Below are positions 51,712-64,000 of a stretch of 64,000 nucleotides of DNA, one piece after another. Below the pieces are notes generated by a model that was given only the letters and a program-made list of their open reading frames with translations, had not been told where the DNA came from and ran no database searches. Numbering within the stretch: position 1 is the first letter of the stretch; each line of letters opens with the position of its first letter. A program made the translations under genes and the position numbers. Source of the DNA: Anolis carolinensis. Taxonomy: Eukaryota. The stretch covers positions 242,746,107 through 242,810,106 of the forward strand of contig NC_085844.1 in the NCBI RefSeq assembly GCF_035594765.1, given 5' to 3'.

Positions 51712-52310
51712 ATGGAATGCCATCACTTGGGAAGAAATCTTTCTTCTTCATATGTGTTCCTTTTCATATGTGGAAAACGAAGCTGATAAGGGACCAAAAT
51801 TGGCACCTCCTTGGCTCTACATGGCGAGAAATGCTTGAATGGGGCTTCGGTCATCCGTCTGTCTATTGATCTCCATGTAATTTTACTCATCATGTAAATT
51901 CAGATATAAAACATTCCTCTTCACAAAATGGATACACATGATTTCTTTACTATTTAAATTTCTGTGCCATGTTTCCTCTATAAATAGTGCTCAAGGCAGC
52001 CAACAGCAATAACGGGCAAGTTGAAATACAAAATCACAGTGACAATATAAAAATCTAATGAATTTCAATGGAATGACACAATTATGGGATAAAATGAGAT
52101 GAATCAAAATCCTGGAAATAAAATGAAGCCGTAGATAGCAAATGCCAATTAAAACTGACAGTGGGATATGTATCTCAGCTTAGGAACATCTGCAGATGGT
52201 CCGAAGTTTAAATCCTGGCATTTGCAGGTAAAAATCACTAGGAAAGACTCCAAAGAGGAGAGCATGCTAGATCCAGTGTGGAGCTTTATTCCAGGCATCC
52301 TAGAATCATT

Positions 52311-54341
52311 ATCATAGAATCATAGAATCATAGAATAGTAGAGTTGGAAGAGACCACATGGGCCATCTAGTCCAACCCCCTGCTAAGAAGCAGGAAATCG
52401 CATTCAAAGCACCCCCAACAGATGGCCATCCAGCCTCTGCTTAAAAGCCTCCAAGGAAGGAGCCTCCACCACGGCCCCGGGGAGAGAGTTCCACTGTCGA
52501 ACAGCTCTCACAGTGAGGAAGTTCTTCCTGATGTTCAGGTGGAATCTCCTTTCCTGTAGTTTGAAGCCATTGTTCCGTGTCCTAGTCTGCAGGGCAGCAG
52601 AAAACAAGCTTGCTCCCTCTTCCCTATGACTTCCCTTCACATATTTGTACATGGCTATCATGTCTCCTCTCAGCCTTCTCTTCTGCAGGCTAAACATGCC
52701 AAGCTCTTTAAGCCGCTCCTCATAGGGCTTGTTCTCCAGGCCCTTAATCATTTTAGTCGCCCTCCTCTGGACGCTTTCCAGCTTGTCAACATCTCCCTTC
52801 AACTGTGGTGCCCAAAATTGGACACAGTATTCCAGGTGTGGTCTGACCAAGGCAGAATAGAGGGGGAGCATAACTTCCCTGGATCTAGACGCTATTCCCC
52901 TATTGATGCAGGCCAGAATCCCATTGGCTTTTTTAGCAGCCGCATCACATTGTTGGCTCATGTTTAACTTGTTGTCCACGAGGACTCCAAGGTCTTTTTC
53001 GCACACACTGCTGTCAAGCCAGGCGTCCCCCATTCTGTATCTTTGATTTCCATTTTTTCTGCCGAAGTGAAGTATCTTGCATTTGTCCCTGTTGAACTTC
53101 ATTTTGTTAGTTTCGGCCCATCTCTCTAGTCTGTCAAGATCGTTTTGAATTCTGCTCCTGTCTTCTGGAGTGTTAGCTATCCCTCCCAGTTTTGTGTCGT
53201 CTGCAAACTTGATGATCGTGCCTTCTAACCCTTCGTCTAAGTCGTTAATAAAGATGTTGAACAGAACCGGGCCCAGGACGGAGCCCTGCGGCACTCCACT
53301 TGACACTTCTTTCCATGATGAAGACGACGCATTGGTGAGCACCCTTTGGGTTCGTTCGCTTAGCCAATTACAGATCCACCTAACCGTCGTTTTGTCTAGC
53401 CCACATTTTACTAGTTTGTTTGCCAGAAGGTCGTGGGGGACTTTGTCGAAGGCCTTACTGAAATCCAGGTACGCTACATCCACAGCATTCCCTGTATCGA
53501 CCCAACTCGTAACTCTATCGAAAAAAGAGATCAGATTAGTCTGGCATGACTTGTTTTTGGTAAATCCGTGTTGACTATTAGCAATGACCGCATTTGTTTC
53601 TAAGTGTTCGCAGACCACTTCCTTAATGATCTTTTCCAGAATTTTGCCTGGTATTGATGTGAGGCTGACCGGACGGTAATTGTTTGGGTCGTTCTTTTTT
53701 CCCTTCTTGAAGATAGGGACCACATTCGCCCTCCTCCAATCTGCTGGGACTTCTCCCGTTCTCCAAGAACTCTCGAAGATAATTGCCAGTGGTTCTGAAA
53801 TAACTTCCGCTAGTTCCTTCAGTACTCTTGGGTGTAGCTGATCTGGCCCTGGGGACTTGAATTCGTTTAGAGAGGCCAAGTGTTCCTGGACAACTTGTTT
53901 CCCTATTTGGGGTTGGATTTCCCCCAATCCTTCATCCATTCCGTGTTGCTGAGGTTGAAGATGGCTTTCTTTTTCTGAGAAGACCGAGGCAAAGAAGGCA
54001 TTAAGTAGTTCTGCCTTTTCCCTGTCCCCTGTCGCCATCACCCCATCTTCTCCTTGCAATGGCCCTATCGCCTCCTTTTTCTTCCTTTTTCTACCAACGT
54101 AAGCAAAAAAGCCTTTTTTGTTGTTTTTTATGTCCCTGGCAAGCCTGAGCTCATTTTGCGCTTTAGCCTTGCGAACCTTTTCCCTACAGGTGTTGGCTAT
54201 ACGTTTGAATTCTTCTTTGGTGATTTCTCCCCTTTTCCACTTCTTGTGCATGTCACTTTTGAGCTTTAGCTCAGTTAGAAGTTCTTTGGACATCCATTCT
54301 GGCTTCTTTGCACTTGTCTTATTTTTCTTCTTTGTTGGCAC
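52311..54341 (-). mobile_element. Young 5'-truncated CR1 LINE
   Basis: ORF2 followed by a short 3' UTR and an (ATTCTATG)n tail, seen on + as atcatagaatcatagaatcatagaat at 52311-52336. Confidence 0.95.
52404..54341 (-). CDS. CR1 LINE ORF2 C-terminal part (reverse transcriptase), 5'-truncated, reading frame uninterrupted
   Basis: 645-aa open frame with typical CR1 motifs [34 protein letters not shown] and the catalytic KFADD, plus the C-terminal [13 protein letters not shown]. There is no endonuclease domain, and the apparent start is a GTG at the truncation point. Confidence 0.95.
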   Translation of the reverse strand: MPTKKKNKTSAKKPEWMSKELLTELKLKSDMHKKWKRGEITKEEFKRIANTCREKVRKAKAQNELRLARDIKNNKKGFFAYVGRKRKKKEAIGPLQGEDGVMATGDREKAELLNAFFASVFSEKESHLQPQQHGMDEGLGEIQPQIGKQVVQEHLASLNEFKSPGPDQLHPRVLKELAEVISEPLAIIFESSWRTGEVPADWRRANVVPIFKKGKKNDPNNYRPVSLTSIPGKILEKIIKEVVCEHLETNAVIANSQHGFTKNKSCQTNLISFFDRVTSWVDTGNAVDVAYLDFSKAFDKVPHDLLANKLVKCGLDKTTVRWICNWLSERTQRVLTNASSSSWKEVSSGVPQGSVLGPVLFNIFINDLDEGLEGTIIKFADDTKLGGIANTPEDRSRIQNDLDRLERWAETNKMKFNRDKCKILHFGRKNGNQRYRMGDAWLDSSVCEKDLGVLVDNKLNMSQQCDAAAKKANGILACINRGIASRSREVMLPLYSALVRPHLEYCVQFWAPQLKGDVDKLESVQRRATKMIKGLENKPYEERLKELGMFSLQKRRLRGDMIAMYKYVKGSHREEGASLFSAALQTRTRNNGFKLQERRFHLNIRKNFLTVRAVRQWNSLPGAVVEAPSLEAFKQRLDGHLLGVL

Positions 54342-55691
54342 TACATTGAGTAGAAAGGTATCGCTAGAGGCATATAGACCAACCTCAATACAGGAAACCT
54401 ACCACAAAAGTACCTCTGTCCTTCCCATCACAAATTTTTGCAACTAAATCTTACCATCCATTTCAGAAAGTAAACAGTATCTCATGGGAGTGCAGGAAGC
54501 AAATTCTTTGTTAAATGAAATCTCTGATTGAACAAACAATTGGTGGGCAATCAACAATAGCAGTTTCTTTCTGTGTTAGTCTATATAATCAGTTTATAGA
54601 ATTTCCTTTCCTTCTCCTAATATTTCATCCTTTCTCCCATCTCCCTCGTAGCTTTTTCTTCCTTTTGTGTGTAGTCTCAGATTCTTCTACTGACCAAGTC
54701 AGACATCAGGTTTAATATTATTAAGGATGCAATTACTTCTTTCTCAAGTGTCTGTCCATTCAGCTCACCAATTTATATATCAATACCACCCTTTTGCGTA
54801 AAGTGAAACACTCTCTGTTTGTAATTACATAATTACTGCCTTGAGATTGATATTTTCCACACTGGCAATGTCTTTGTAGTACAGTGAATGAAGAAAAGAA
54901 TGTAGTTCTCCAGCTGGACTATATGTCCCAGTTGCTTTAGCCCCATAGTTAGTGATGAGGAATGGTGAGAGTTGCACTTCAGCAATATCTGGGGTGGCAC
55001 AGGATCCCCTTGTGCTAAGATCAGTGAAATTCATGTTCAAGTCCCCATATAGGCAGAGGAAAGTTACCTCTTAACCTTGATCAAGTTGTGATTTGCACCT
55101 GGTTCTACTTCATAGAATTAATGGGTTACTATGGTGGGACTAGGGCCAGAGGCAACTATAATGTACCAACCTGAGGTCCTTAAGGAAATTGTGAGAATCA
55201 AGTACAGAGTGAATTCAAACTAGTTGCCTCCTGCCCCAGGATGAGGCATTGACTCAAGATCCCATAGCAAATTGTGGAGAGATACAATTTGTGTGTCCAT
55301 TTCTGAGTTTCATGATTCGAGAAGGATATCAACACGCTTGAATGTGTCCAGAGGAATGTGACCAAAATAGTAAAAAAACAACAAAAAAAACCCCCAAAAC
55401 CACATTCTATGAAGAGCAGCTTAAGGAGCTGAGTGTGTTTAGCCTGGAGCTAAATGAGTTGTCAGAATTTAAGACACAACTTAAGACCTATCTCTTCTGG
55501 CAGGCCCATGCAGTCCATTTCAACCATGACTTTTAAATCACATTCGTTGTTTATTTTCTTGAACTTTTGTCTCAGGTATTTTAACATCTCTGTGTTTTAA
55601 TAGATGCTTTTATGGTTGCATTTTAACTATGTTTTTATATGTGATGTTATAAATGTATTTAACTACCGGTATGTTATGTCCCACCTCAAGC

Positions 55692-55705
55692 AGATAGATA
55701 GTTAG

Positions 55706-55745
<40 letters not shown>

Positions 55746-55763
55746 TAGATAGATAGATAGATA
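55692..55763. repeat. (GATA)n/(GACA)n compound microsatellite
   Basis: Direct inspection. Confidence 0.95.
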
Positions 55764-55789
55764 AATCTGGTTGAGGTGGGACATAACAT

Positions 55790-56761
55790 GTTGTTGTTTA
55801 TTCGTTGAGTCGCTTCTGACTCTTCCTGACCTCATGGACCAGCCCACGCCAGAGCGTCCTGTTGGCCATCGCCACCCCCAGTTTCTTTAAAGTCAAGCCA
55901 GTCACTTCAAGGATGCCATCCATCTATCTTGCCCTTGGTCGGCCCCCAGCATCATGATCTTTTCCAAGCTTTCCTGTCTTCTCATGATGTGGCCAAAGTA
56001 CTTCTTCTTTGCCTCTAATATCCTTCCCTCCAGTGAGCAGTTGGGCATTATTTCCTGGAGGATGGACTGGTTGGATCTTCTTGCGGTCCAAGGCACTCTC
56101 AGGATTTTCCTCCAACACCACAGTTCAAAAACATCTATCTTCCTTCGCTCAGCATTCCTTATGCTCTAGATCTCGCATCCATAGGTTACTATCAGGAATA
56201 CCATTGCTTTAACTATGCGGACCTTCGTTGCCAGTGTGATGTCTCTGCTCTTCACTATTTTATCGAGGTTGGCCATTGCTCTCCTCCCAAGCAGGAAACG
56301 TCTTCTGATTTCCTGGCTGCAGTCTGCATCTGCAGTGATCTTCATGCCTAGAAATATAGTCTGTCACTGCCTCCATGTTTTCCCCTTCTATTTGCCAGTT
56401 ATTAATCAGTCTGGTTGCCATAATCTTGGTTTTCTTGATGTTTAACTGCAACCCAGCTTTTGCACTTTCTTCTTCCACTTTGGTGATAAGGCTCCTCAGC
56501 TCCTCCTCGCTTTCAGCCATCAGAGTGGTACCATCTGCATACCTAAGGTTGTTAATGTTTCTTCCAGCAATTTTAACTCCAGCCTTGGATTCGTCAAGCT
56601 CCACACGTCGTATGATGTGTTCTGCATACAAGTTGAATAGGGTGAAAGTATACAACCCTGTTGTATTCCTTTCCCAATCTTGAACCAGTCTGTTGTTCCG
56701 TGGTTTTTTCTTACTGTGGCTACTTGGTCTTTATACAGATTTCTCAGGAGACAGACAAGGT
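55790..56761 (-). mobile_element. RTE-BovB LINE 3' fragment
   Basis: Relic AGRNINNLRYADGTTLMAESEEEL and a (CAA)n tail. TSD GACATAACAT at 55780-55789 and 56762-56771. Confidence 0.93.
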
Positions 56762-57567
56762 GACATAACATAGTTAAATACTGTGTGTGTGTGTGTGTGT
56801 GTGTATGATGGTAAGAAAGTAAGATTGCAATGTTGTTCCATGTCCCATGCCTCATCTGCATTGGGGTCCAAAGCAGTAACTTTCCCAAGCTCTGCAACAG
56901 AAGACTGTGGTTTATTATCCCAGAAACTGAGATGGAGTGTTTGGAAAGGCGTTGAAATAGATTCTAACATTTGATCAGTAGTCCTTTGACATTCCTGAAA
57001 AGAGAATCTGGCTAATTTCAATTTTTCACTAGAGGATACCCCTTTGATTTGTAGGGGCTTACAATTTCTGTTTTGAGATTTTGAAAAGGAGATAGCAAAA
57101 TATGTACCAATATGTGTGTGCTCCCCACCCAGCATTGTTTCACAGTGCAGCACTTCCATGTGCCAATTCAAGCACATCGAAGGCCTGGATTATGATCTCA
57201 TCTGGTGAGATAGGAATGGCACAAAGCTGGGGATGATGAAGCAATTGGAGACTGTTGACTCATGGGGGTCTTTCTAAAGCTGGCATCCTTTCATACTTAA
57301 TTATTTTGTCAAATTCCTGGAATTTGAGCTGCTGGTGATGCTGACAGCATTGGGTGCATGGGAATCTCTTCGGAATAATTTCTGCACTGAAAATCTTTGT
57401 TCATGTCTTTGGGGGCTTGCATGCACTCAGGTTCCTTGGAGTGATTTAGCCACATAATTTTTTCCGAGAAATTAGCTTGGGCTTCTGCCTGGTACTTTCC
57501 TTCGCTGCTCTGATACACAATAGCAAAATGAAACTGTGTGTATAGGTAGAGGGAAAGATATCTCTTA

Positions 57568-57900
57568 CAGATTGAGCATCCCTTGGCTGGAATTCTGAAA
57601 TCTGAACTTGTTCTCATGGGTGGCTGAGATTATGACCCCTTTCTTTTCTGATGGTTCAATGTACACAAATTTTATTCCATGCACAAAATTATTTTTAAAA
57701 ATTGTATAATTGACCTTCAGGCTACACGGATAGGGTGTATATGAAACATAAATGAATTTTGTGTTTACACTTAAGTTGCATCTCGAAAATATCTCATTAA
57801 ATGCAAATATATGGAAATGCAGATAGTCCAACATCCAAAAAAAATCCCAAATCTCAAAAGCTTTTGGTCCGAACCATTTTGATAAGAAATATTCAATCCA
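57568..57900. mobile_element. Old Tc1/mariner-like MITE
   Basis: TA-CAGATTGAGCATCCCTT...AAGAAATATTCAATC degenerate TIRs. Confidence 0.55.
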
Positions 57901-58848
57901 TATAGCATTTCTGTTTGCATTCTGGGTCTCTTGAAATATAACATGGCTCTCCAAAGACATATGGGTAAGATGTTTTTCATTTGCTTTCCTTTTGATAAAA
58001 TGATTATTTTTAGAAAATCATTGGAAAAGGTGCACATTTTGGCTCAGGTCCTATGTTTGATTGTGTGGCATAAATCTCCATATGGGGTGTTATGCACTGA
58101 TAATGTTGATGTTGAAGGCTAATATTACAAAACCAAACACTTCTCACCGATGTGCAACTGAATGTGAGAGGAACAGTGAACCAAAGTGCCTCCATTTTTG
58201 ACTGCTTAAGCATTGAAGAGTGTCTGCTTCACCTTATATTAAAAAAGCAGCCTGCCTTCCCCAAAGGAAAGGCAAGTGTCGCAAGGATTGTTCCGAGAAC
58301 ATTTGTGGTTGGCTGATGTGGTCAACTACATACTGGACAATGTATGTAATATATGTTTCGCTACAGGTGGTGTTTACTCCAAAGGAAATGCTTGCTAAAC
58401 TTTGTAACGCTTAAAGAGAAAAGAGGAACTTTTAAGTGGTAAACAAGTTGGATATATAAGGCTCCCAGCCCAAAGGCTGGGTGTGACAGCTTGGTATCGG
58501 CATCACTTTGTATGCTGTCTGTCTGACAATAAAGGTGCATTGTTCTTAACTCATTTGGGCTCCGAGTGGTCATCCATACCGGTTCAGCAAGATCCCGGTT
58601 GGTAAAAATATAGGGGCAGCACACCGCTTCCCTTATAAATGCACCACCATGTATGCATGCTCATCCATGTATGAACTCTGTCTTCCCACATGAACCTATC
58701 CAAGCTTTATGATCTACAGGGGAGGCCCTTTTCCCCATCTTTCCACCATCACGGGCATGGTTGGTGGGAACAAGGGAGAAGGTCTTCTTTGTGGCTGCTC
58801 CCACACTTTGGAAGCTAGAATGATTCCTTCTTGATTGACTAGCAGGTT

Positions 58849-59186
58849 TTGTTGTTTATTGGTACAGTTGCTTCTGAATCTTGATGACCTCATGGACCAG
58901 CCCATGCAAGAGCTCCCCATTGCCACCCTCAGCTCCTTCAAGGTCAAGCCAGTCACTTCAAGGATACCATCCATCCATCTTGCCCTTGATCAGCCGCTCT
59001 TCCTTTTTCCTTCTATTTTCCCCAACATCATTATCTTCTCCATGCTGACCTCTCTGACCTCTCAATTTAGTCTGACCTCTCTGCCATGACCTTCCCGTCT
59101 TGCGTGTCCCTTCACGGTTTTGCTCATGGCATCATTGAAGTGCCCAAGCTCCAGCACCATGACAAGGTAACAATCCTTTGCAGGAG
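58849..59186 (-). mobile_element. Bipartite BovB derivative (5' UTR joined to 3' end)
   Basis: 58849-59045 matches the BovB 3' end (compare 55790-55975). 59065-59186 resembles the RTE-BovB 5' UTR. 12-bp TSD GACTAGCAGGTT at 58837-58848 and 59187-59198. Confidence 0.8.
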
Positions 59187-61034
59187 GACTAGCAGGTTAA
59201 GACCTTAAGCCCTTGGAAATTGATTTTTAACATGAAATCTTTATTTTAAAGTAAAATTTCAAATGGTTTTGATTCTGTGATTTAATACTTTTAAAATATA
59301 TATTTTGTACATTTTAACTATACATATTTTTATTATATTTTCTGCCTTTTTGTAAGCCACTTTGAATCTGAAGCCTGGGAAAAAGACTTCCAAATAGAAA
59401 GACTTGGGTAGATGGAGCATATGAATGTCTTATAGACATCCCTTAAGTATTTGTGCACAGCTGACAACATCTCTCTACACACAACACTACTTCTGCAACC
59501 TTCCATATCAGAAAAAAGTGTCCAAGCACTTCTGTAAGGTGAATGCATCCATTATTATGACAGCAACAGTGGGGCTTTTATTTATACCAAAACCAGATAA
59601 AGCATAGGTGAAAGTATTCATCCATATTTATATTTGCTATTGCTGAGAATAAAAATGGTGGTCATGCTGGAAACTTGGCAAAGATGGATCCATGAATCAC
59701 AGCTCCTAGTCAATTTGTGTTGCCCCAACTGGCTGCCCAAATGCTTCCCCCCCTTTAAGACTGTGGAGTCGGTGCATTAGGACTGAACCTGGTGAGGCTG
59801 TTAGAAAACCTGACCCACTTCTACACTGACGTGAAGTCTGCTTTTCCCTCGGATCTTCTTGCAGTAGTTCAAAGCGAAGGGTGAAGGATAAGGATAGGCT
59901 GGTGTGACCCTCCTTTGTCGACGGAGGGGGTGGATTTGATTAAGGAAACCTTTGATTCTCGGCTCATCTGCAACTATTGATTTTGGAAACTTCAAAGATG
60001 GGGCATTCAGAATCACCTTTTAAATGAAACACATCTTCTGGGGGAGGGCTTCCCCTCGAATCTTGCGGGTACCATTAGACGATTCTTATCACGTCTCTTG
60101 AATACACACCTGCAAGACAAGATGACCCTCATTCTTTCTTCCACCTGAGCTGGCTGATGAGGTTGAGAATGCCTTAAAACAGGTTAATTTGATGCCAAGT
60201 GACAGGAATAAATTGCTGCCACTTTGACGGGCAAAATGTAACCTTTCCCTCCCCCTTTCTTTCCCCGCCCCAGCAGTGAAATTGCCAATCATCTGGAAAC
60301 GTGCTGCCGTTGATCTGTTACATAAAGAAACGGTTGGTTTCATTTAAAACAATATTGACCTTCCCCTCTGAATCTTTCTATTTGGACTAAATTACAGGAC
60401 AAGGCTTTGAAAGAAAAGAACTTGCCTTTCTCACATCTCTAAAATGCCATGCAGTGACCCCGCTTTTTTGTTTAGCATCTCTCTTCTGTCTGCAATGAGA
60501 GCCATTTGGGATTAATCATTACAATTTTGAGAATTCATGGATTAAAAGGAACATCTTACTTTCCCAACAGCTTTCCTTTGCATGGATTTGAAGGAAATAC
60601 ACAGTGTAGCATTCTTGGACCATTATACAGTATGGAGACAAATCTGATTTTTTATTAACTCTTGTTAGTTGTATCAACTTTGAACAAATCTTGCCAAGAA
60701 AACTCCTTGATAGGGTCACCATAAGTTGGAAATCATTTGAAGGCACACAACAATGTTCTGTTTCAGCTACTTATCGTAGTTAAGTAGCTTCGTTTGCCCA
60801 CCACGCCCTTGCAAACCTGACAGAGACATCATTTGCCCATGCTCCAATTACCTAGATTCACTTCTCTGCAGCCTTTACGTATTCATGATTACTACATAGA
60901 CATTATTGTGACGCATTGTCCAATGATTTCTCACTGATCCTTAGATTCTTGGATAGAATCCAAATCATTGATGATTCATAATTCCATCCACTGACTCCTG
61001 GCAGACTGTAAAACTGAGACAATAATGGAAATGA

Positions 61035-61035
61035 T

Positions 61036-61066
<31 letters not shown>

Positions 61067-61517
61067 TTTGCAGTATTTATATTCCGCCCTTCTCCCCCTG
61101 AAGGGGACTCAGGACGGATCACATTATATACATATAGGGCAAACATTCAGTGCCCCATATACACATAGAACCGAGATAGGGACAGACGCAGAGGCAATTT
61201 AACCTTCTCCTGAGGGGATGTTTGATTCTGTCCACAGGGGGGAGCAGCTGCTTCATCATTCACTGGGACAGCACTTCCTCATTGCAACATCATAAATTAG
61301 TTAAATTTGCCTCCCCACTTTATAAGTGGTACCTTATTTCCTACTTGATAGATGCAACTATCTTTCGGGTTGCTAGGTCAGCAACGAGCAGGGGCTATTT
61401 TTTTAATTTTTTTTAATTGACGGGTGTTCACCCCGCCACGGGCTGGGTGACTCATGACTTCATGGTCAGGGTGATTTATTGCAGCAGGCTGCTCACCAGC
61501 CTGCGCCACAGCCCGGC
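61035..61517 (-). mobile_element. tRNA-headed SINE with L2-like tail, long form
   Basis: Collinear with 16398-16890, with (TTTA)n on the + strand. Confidence 0.82.
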
Positions 61518-62786
61518 CCCATATATATACTATAGTATATATACCATAGTAGCACAGGATGTGAATATATGCAAGTGTGTGGGTCTACATGCCTACTGTT
61601 CTGGCAAAGGGATTAGATGTTCTTGTTGCATTAATATGAGCAACCTGGTTGATGCCACTCTCCCATTGCCACTGAGCAGCCCTTTCCTTCCATCTTCTGG
61701 GTTGGATGGTTACGCCAGTGAGTTTCTAGAAAAACCCACAGTTGTAAACTCTGTGGGCGAAGGCAATGATCAATGGTTGCCAGTGGCTTCCATGTCAGGG
61801 GATCTATTGAGTCCACTCTGGCCTTTAGTCTAGATTTTGAAAAAAATCCAAGTTCCTGGTGGTCCAGGTTCAATACTGTCATTTTATGATCGGATCTAGT
61901 TAGCAAAGAAACAGTCAGCACTCCCCTCTCCTTCAAATGAACTATCAATCTAAACTCACAAAGGAGTTTCTACAAAAGCCTATTTCCAGCCACAGGAAAA
62001 AAGCTTGGATTAATTCCACCTCAACGACTTACATATCCAGGTCCTGAATTTTTAAAAGGGCTTTTATTTTTGCAGGGGAAATATTGTGCTTACAAAGAAC
62101 TGCATCAGCAGTTCCATACAAGCACTTAACTGCTTGACTGCAGGTGCAACCCCTGGTTCGTGTTTATATGGCAAGCTCAGGCAGCTACGATATCCCTTCC
62201 AGGTTCACCGACAGCAGTCAACATGGGCTGGACATCCGCCAAAAATGGATGCCAACCCAACTGCCTGGTATGGGACAGAGAGAGGATGCTGGAGCCTGGT
62301 GCTTAGATTGTTGCCTTGAAGTCTGGAATAAAACCCATAGTGGATTGACTTCATCTCTTAGATAAAAGCCACCAAGCATCGCTCAATGGCCTGGTAGGTC
62401 ATCCCCAGGGAAGCAGCAGGACAGTTACAGAACAGTGAAAATGCTGAACAGTCTTGTTTTGCCCAGGAAAAACTGTTTAAAATCAAATAACTGACTCTCT
62501 AAAATAATGGCTTGAATCCTATTCAATTTCTGCAAATTAAAATTACAGAAAACTCATTTTATTAATAGATTTAATACTCTTTACACACCATTCCGCAATT
62601 GATCCAATAGGTCTATTCTAGTTGGGAGCTAACTAATAGGACTCTGAGCAATCTCTATAATTCGTTTTCATAAAATTCAGATTTATATTGTGGGTTAGTT
62701 GTGGTTATGGATTTTAGTTTACATTTAATTTACATTTGTATCATTGCTCCAGAACTTTTGTGAGTGTTTGTCAACACTTGAGAAAT

Positions 62787-63071
62787 GGAGCCCCCGATGG
62801 CACAGTCGGTTAAACCCTTGTGCTGGCAGGACTGATGACTTCAAGGTGGGTTGCTGACCTGAAGGTTGCCGGTTTGAATCCAACCCAGGGAGAGTGCAGA
62901 TAAGCTCCCTCTATCAGCTCCAGCTCCATGTGGGGACATGAGAGAAGCCTCCCATGTGATGGTAAAACATCAAACATCTGGGAGTCCTCTGGGCAATGTC
63001 CTTGCAGATAGCCAATTCTCTCACACCAGAAGCAACTTACAGTTTCTCAAGTCATACCGGATATGAAAAAA
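62787..63071 (+). mobile_element. Anolis SINE2-like element
   Basis: Same body as the 31113 copy. TSD CACTTGAGAAA at 62775-62785 and 63073-63083. Confidence 0.85.
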
Positions 63072-63142
63072 GCACTTGAGAAACATACTTTTTAATCATT
63101 TCTCATTTTTTAAAAATAATTCTTTCTGTCCCTTGAACTTGC

Positions 63143-64000
63143 TGTTGTTGTTGTTTATACGTTCAGTGGTTTCCAACTCTTTGTGACCTCATGGACCAGC
63201 CCACTCCAGAGCTCCCTGTCAATCATTGCCACCCCCAGCTCCTTCAAGATCAAGCCAGTCATTTTCAAACATAACATCCATCCATCTTGCCCTTTTTCCT
63301 TTTTCCTTCCATTTCCCCCAGCATCATTCTCTTCTCCAAGCTTTCCTGTCTTATCATTCTGTGGCCCAAGTACTTCATCTTTGTATTGTCGGAGGCTTTC
63401 ATGGCCAGAATCATTGGATTGTTGTGAGTCTTTTGGGCTGTACGGCCATGTTCCAGAAGCTTTCTCTCCTGATGTTTCGCCCACGTCTGTGGCAAGCATC
63501 CTCAGAGGGTGATCTTCTTGTGGTTCAAGGCACTCCGAATTTTCCTCCAACACCACAGTTCAAAAGTGTCTATCTTCCATTTCTCAGCCTTCCTTATGGT
63601 CCAGCTCTCACATCCATAGATTATTATGGAGAATGCCATTGATTTAACTATGCAGTGTGTTGTCTCTACTCTTCACTATTTTATTGAGATTGGTCATTGC
63701 TCTTCTTTCAAGAAGTAAAGCGTCTTCCGATTTCCTGGCTGCAGTCTGCGTCTGAAGTAATCTTCGTATCTAGAAATACAAAGCCTGTCACTGCCTCCAC
63801 GTTTTCTTGCTCTATTTGCCTTTTATCAGTCAGTCTGGTTGCCATCATCTTGGGTTTTTTGATGTTTAGCTACAACCCAGCTTTTGCGCTTTCTTCTTTC
63901 ACCTTGGTGATAAGGCTCCTCAGCTCCTCCCTGCTTTCAGCCATCAGAGTGGTATCATCTGCATATCTAAGGTTGTTAATGTTTCTTCCAGCAATTTTAA
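63143..64000 (-). mobile_element. RTE-BovB 3' fragment running off the window end, interrupted by a Penelope piece
   Basis: Collinear with 55790-56577. Confidence 0.9.
63384..63510 (-). mobile_element. Penelope terminal fragment with a hammerhead-like motif
   Basis: Reverse complement of 1632-1757. Minus strand reads CUGAGGA...GAAACAUC. Confidence 0.85.

Noticed and set aside
52626-54447. Plus-strand ORFs of 71-134 aa
   Set aside because: Antisense shadows of the CR1 ORF2.

Overview
Vertebrate genomic DNA, very probably from an Anolis lizard (squamate), judged from its repeat content: Sauria SINEs, Anolis SINE2-like elements, CR1, RTE-BovB, Penelope and Tc1/mariner, hAT and Harbinger-type MITEs. 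The window reads as a long intron or intergenic region. I cannot support any host protein-coding gene. The only convincing protein-coding ORF is the 5'-truncated but uninterrupted RT part of a young CR1 LINE (52404-54341, minus). The long ORFs at 38.1-40.2 kb are artefacts of a 28-bp minisatellite. The most interesting observations are: (1) a TSD-flanked palindromic Penelope insertion carrying two back-to-back minimal hammerhead ribozyme motifs; (2) a composite hAT element with an 8-bp TSD that carries pieces of other transposons; (3) a solo LTR with a decayed reading frame encoding a duplicated acidic F-x-G motif; (4) a Bov-A-like bipartite BovB derivative with a 12-bp TSD; (5) higher-order structure and a dense UGCAUG array in the minisatellite; (6) two candidate small plus-strand exons and several repeat-free, CNE-like blocks. 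Family names come from my recognition of consensus motifs, not from database searches. Boundaries of old repeats are approximate.
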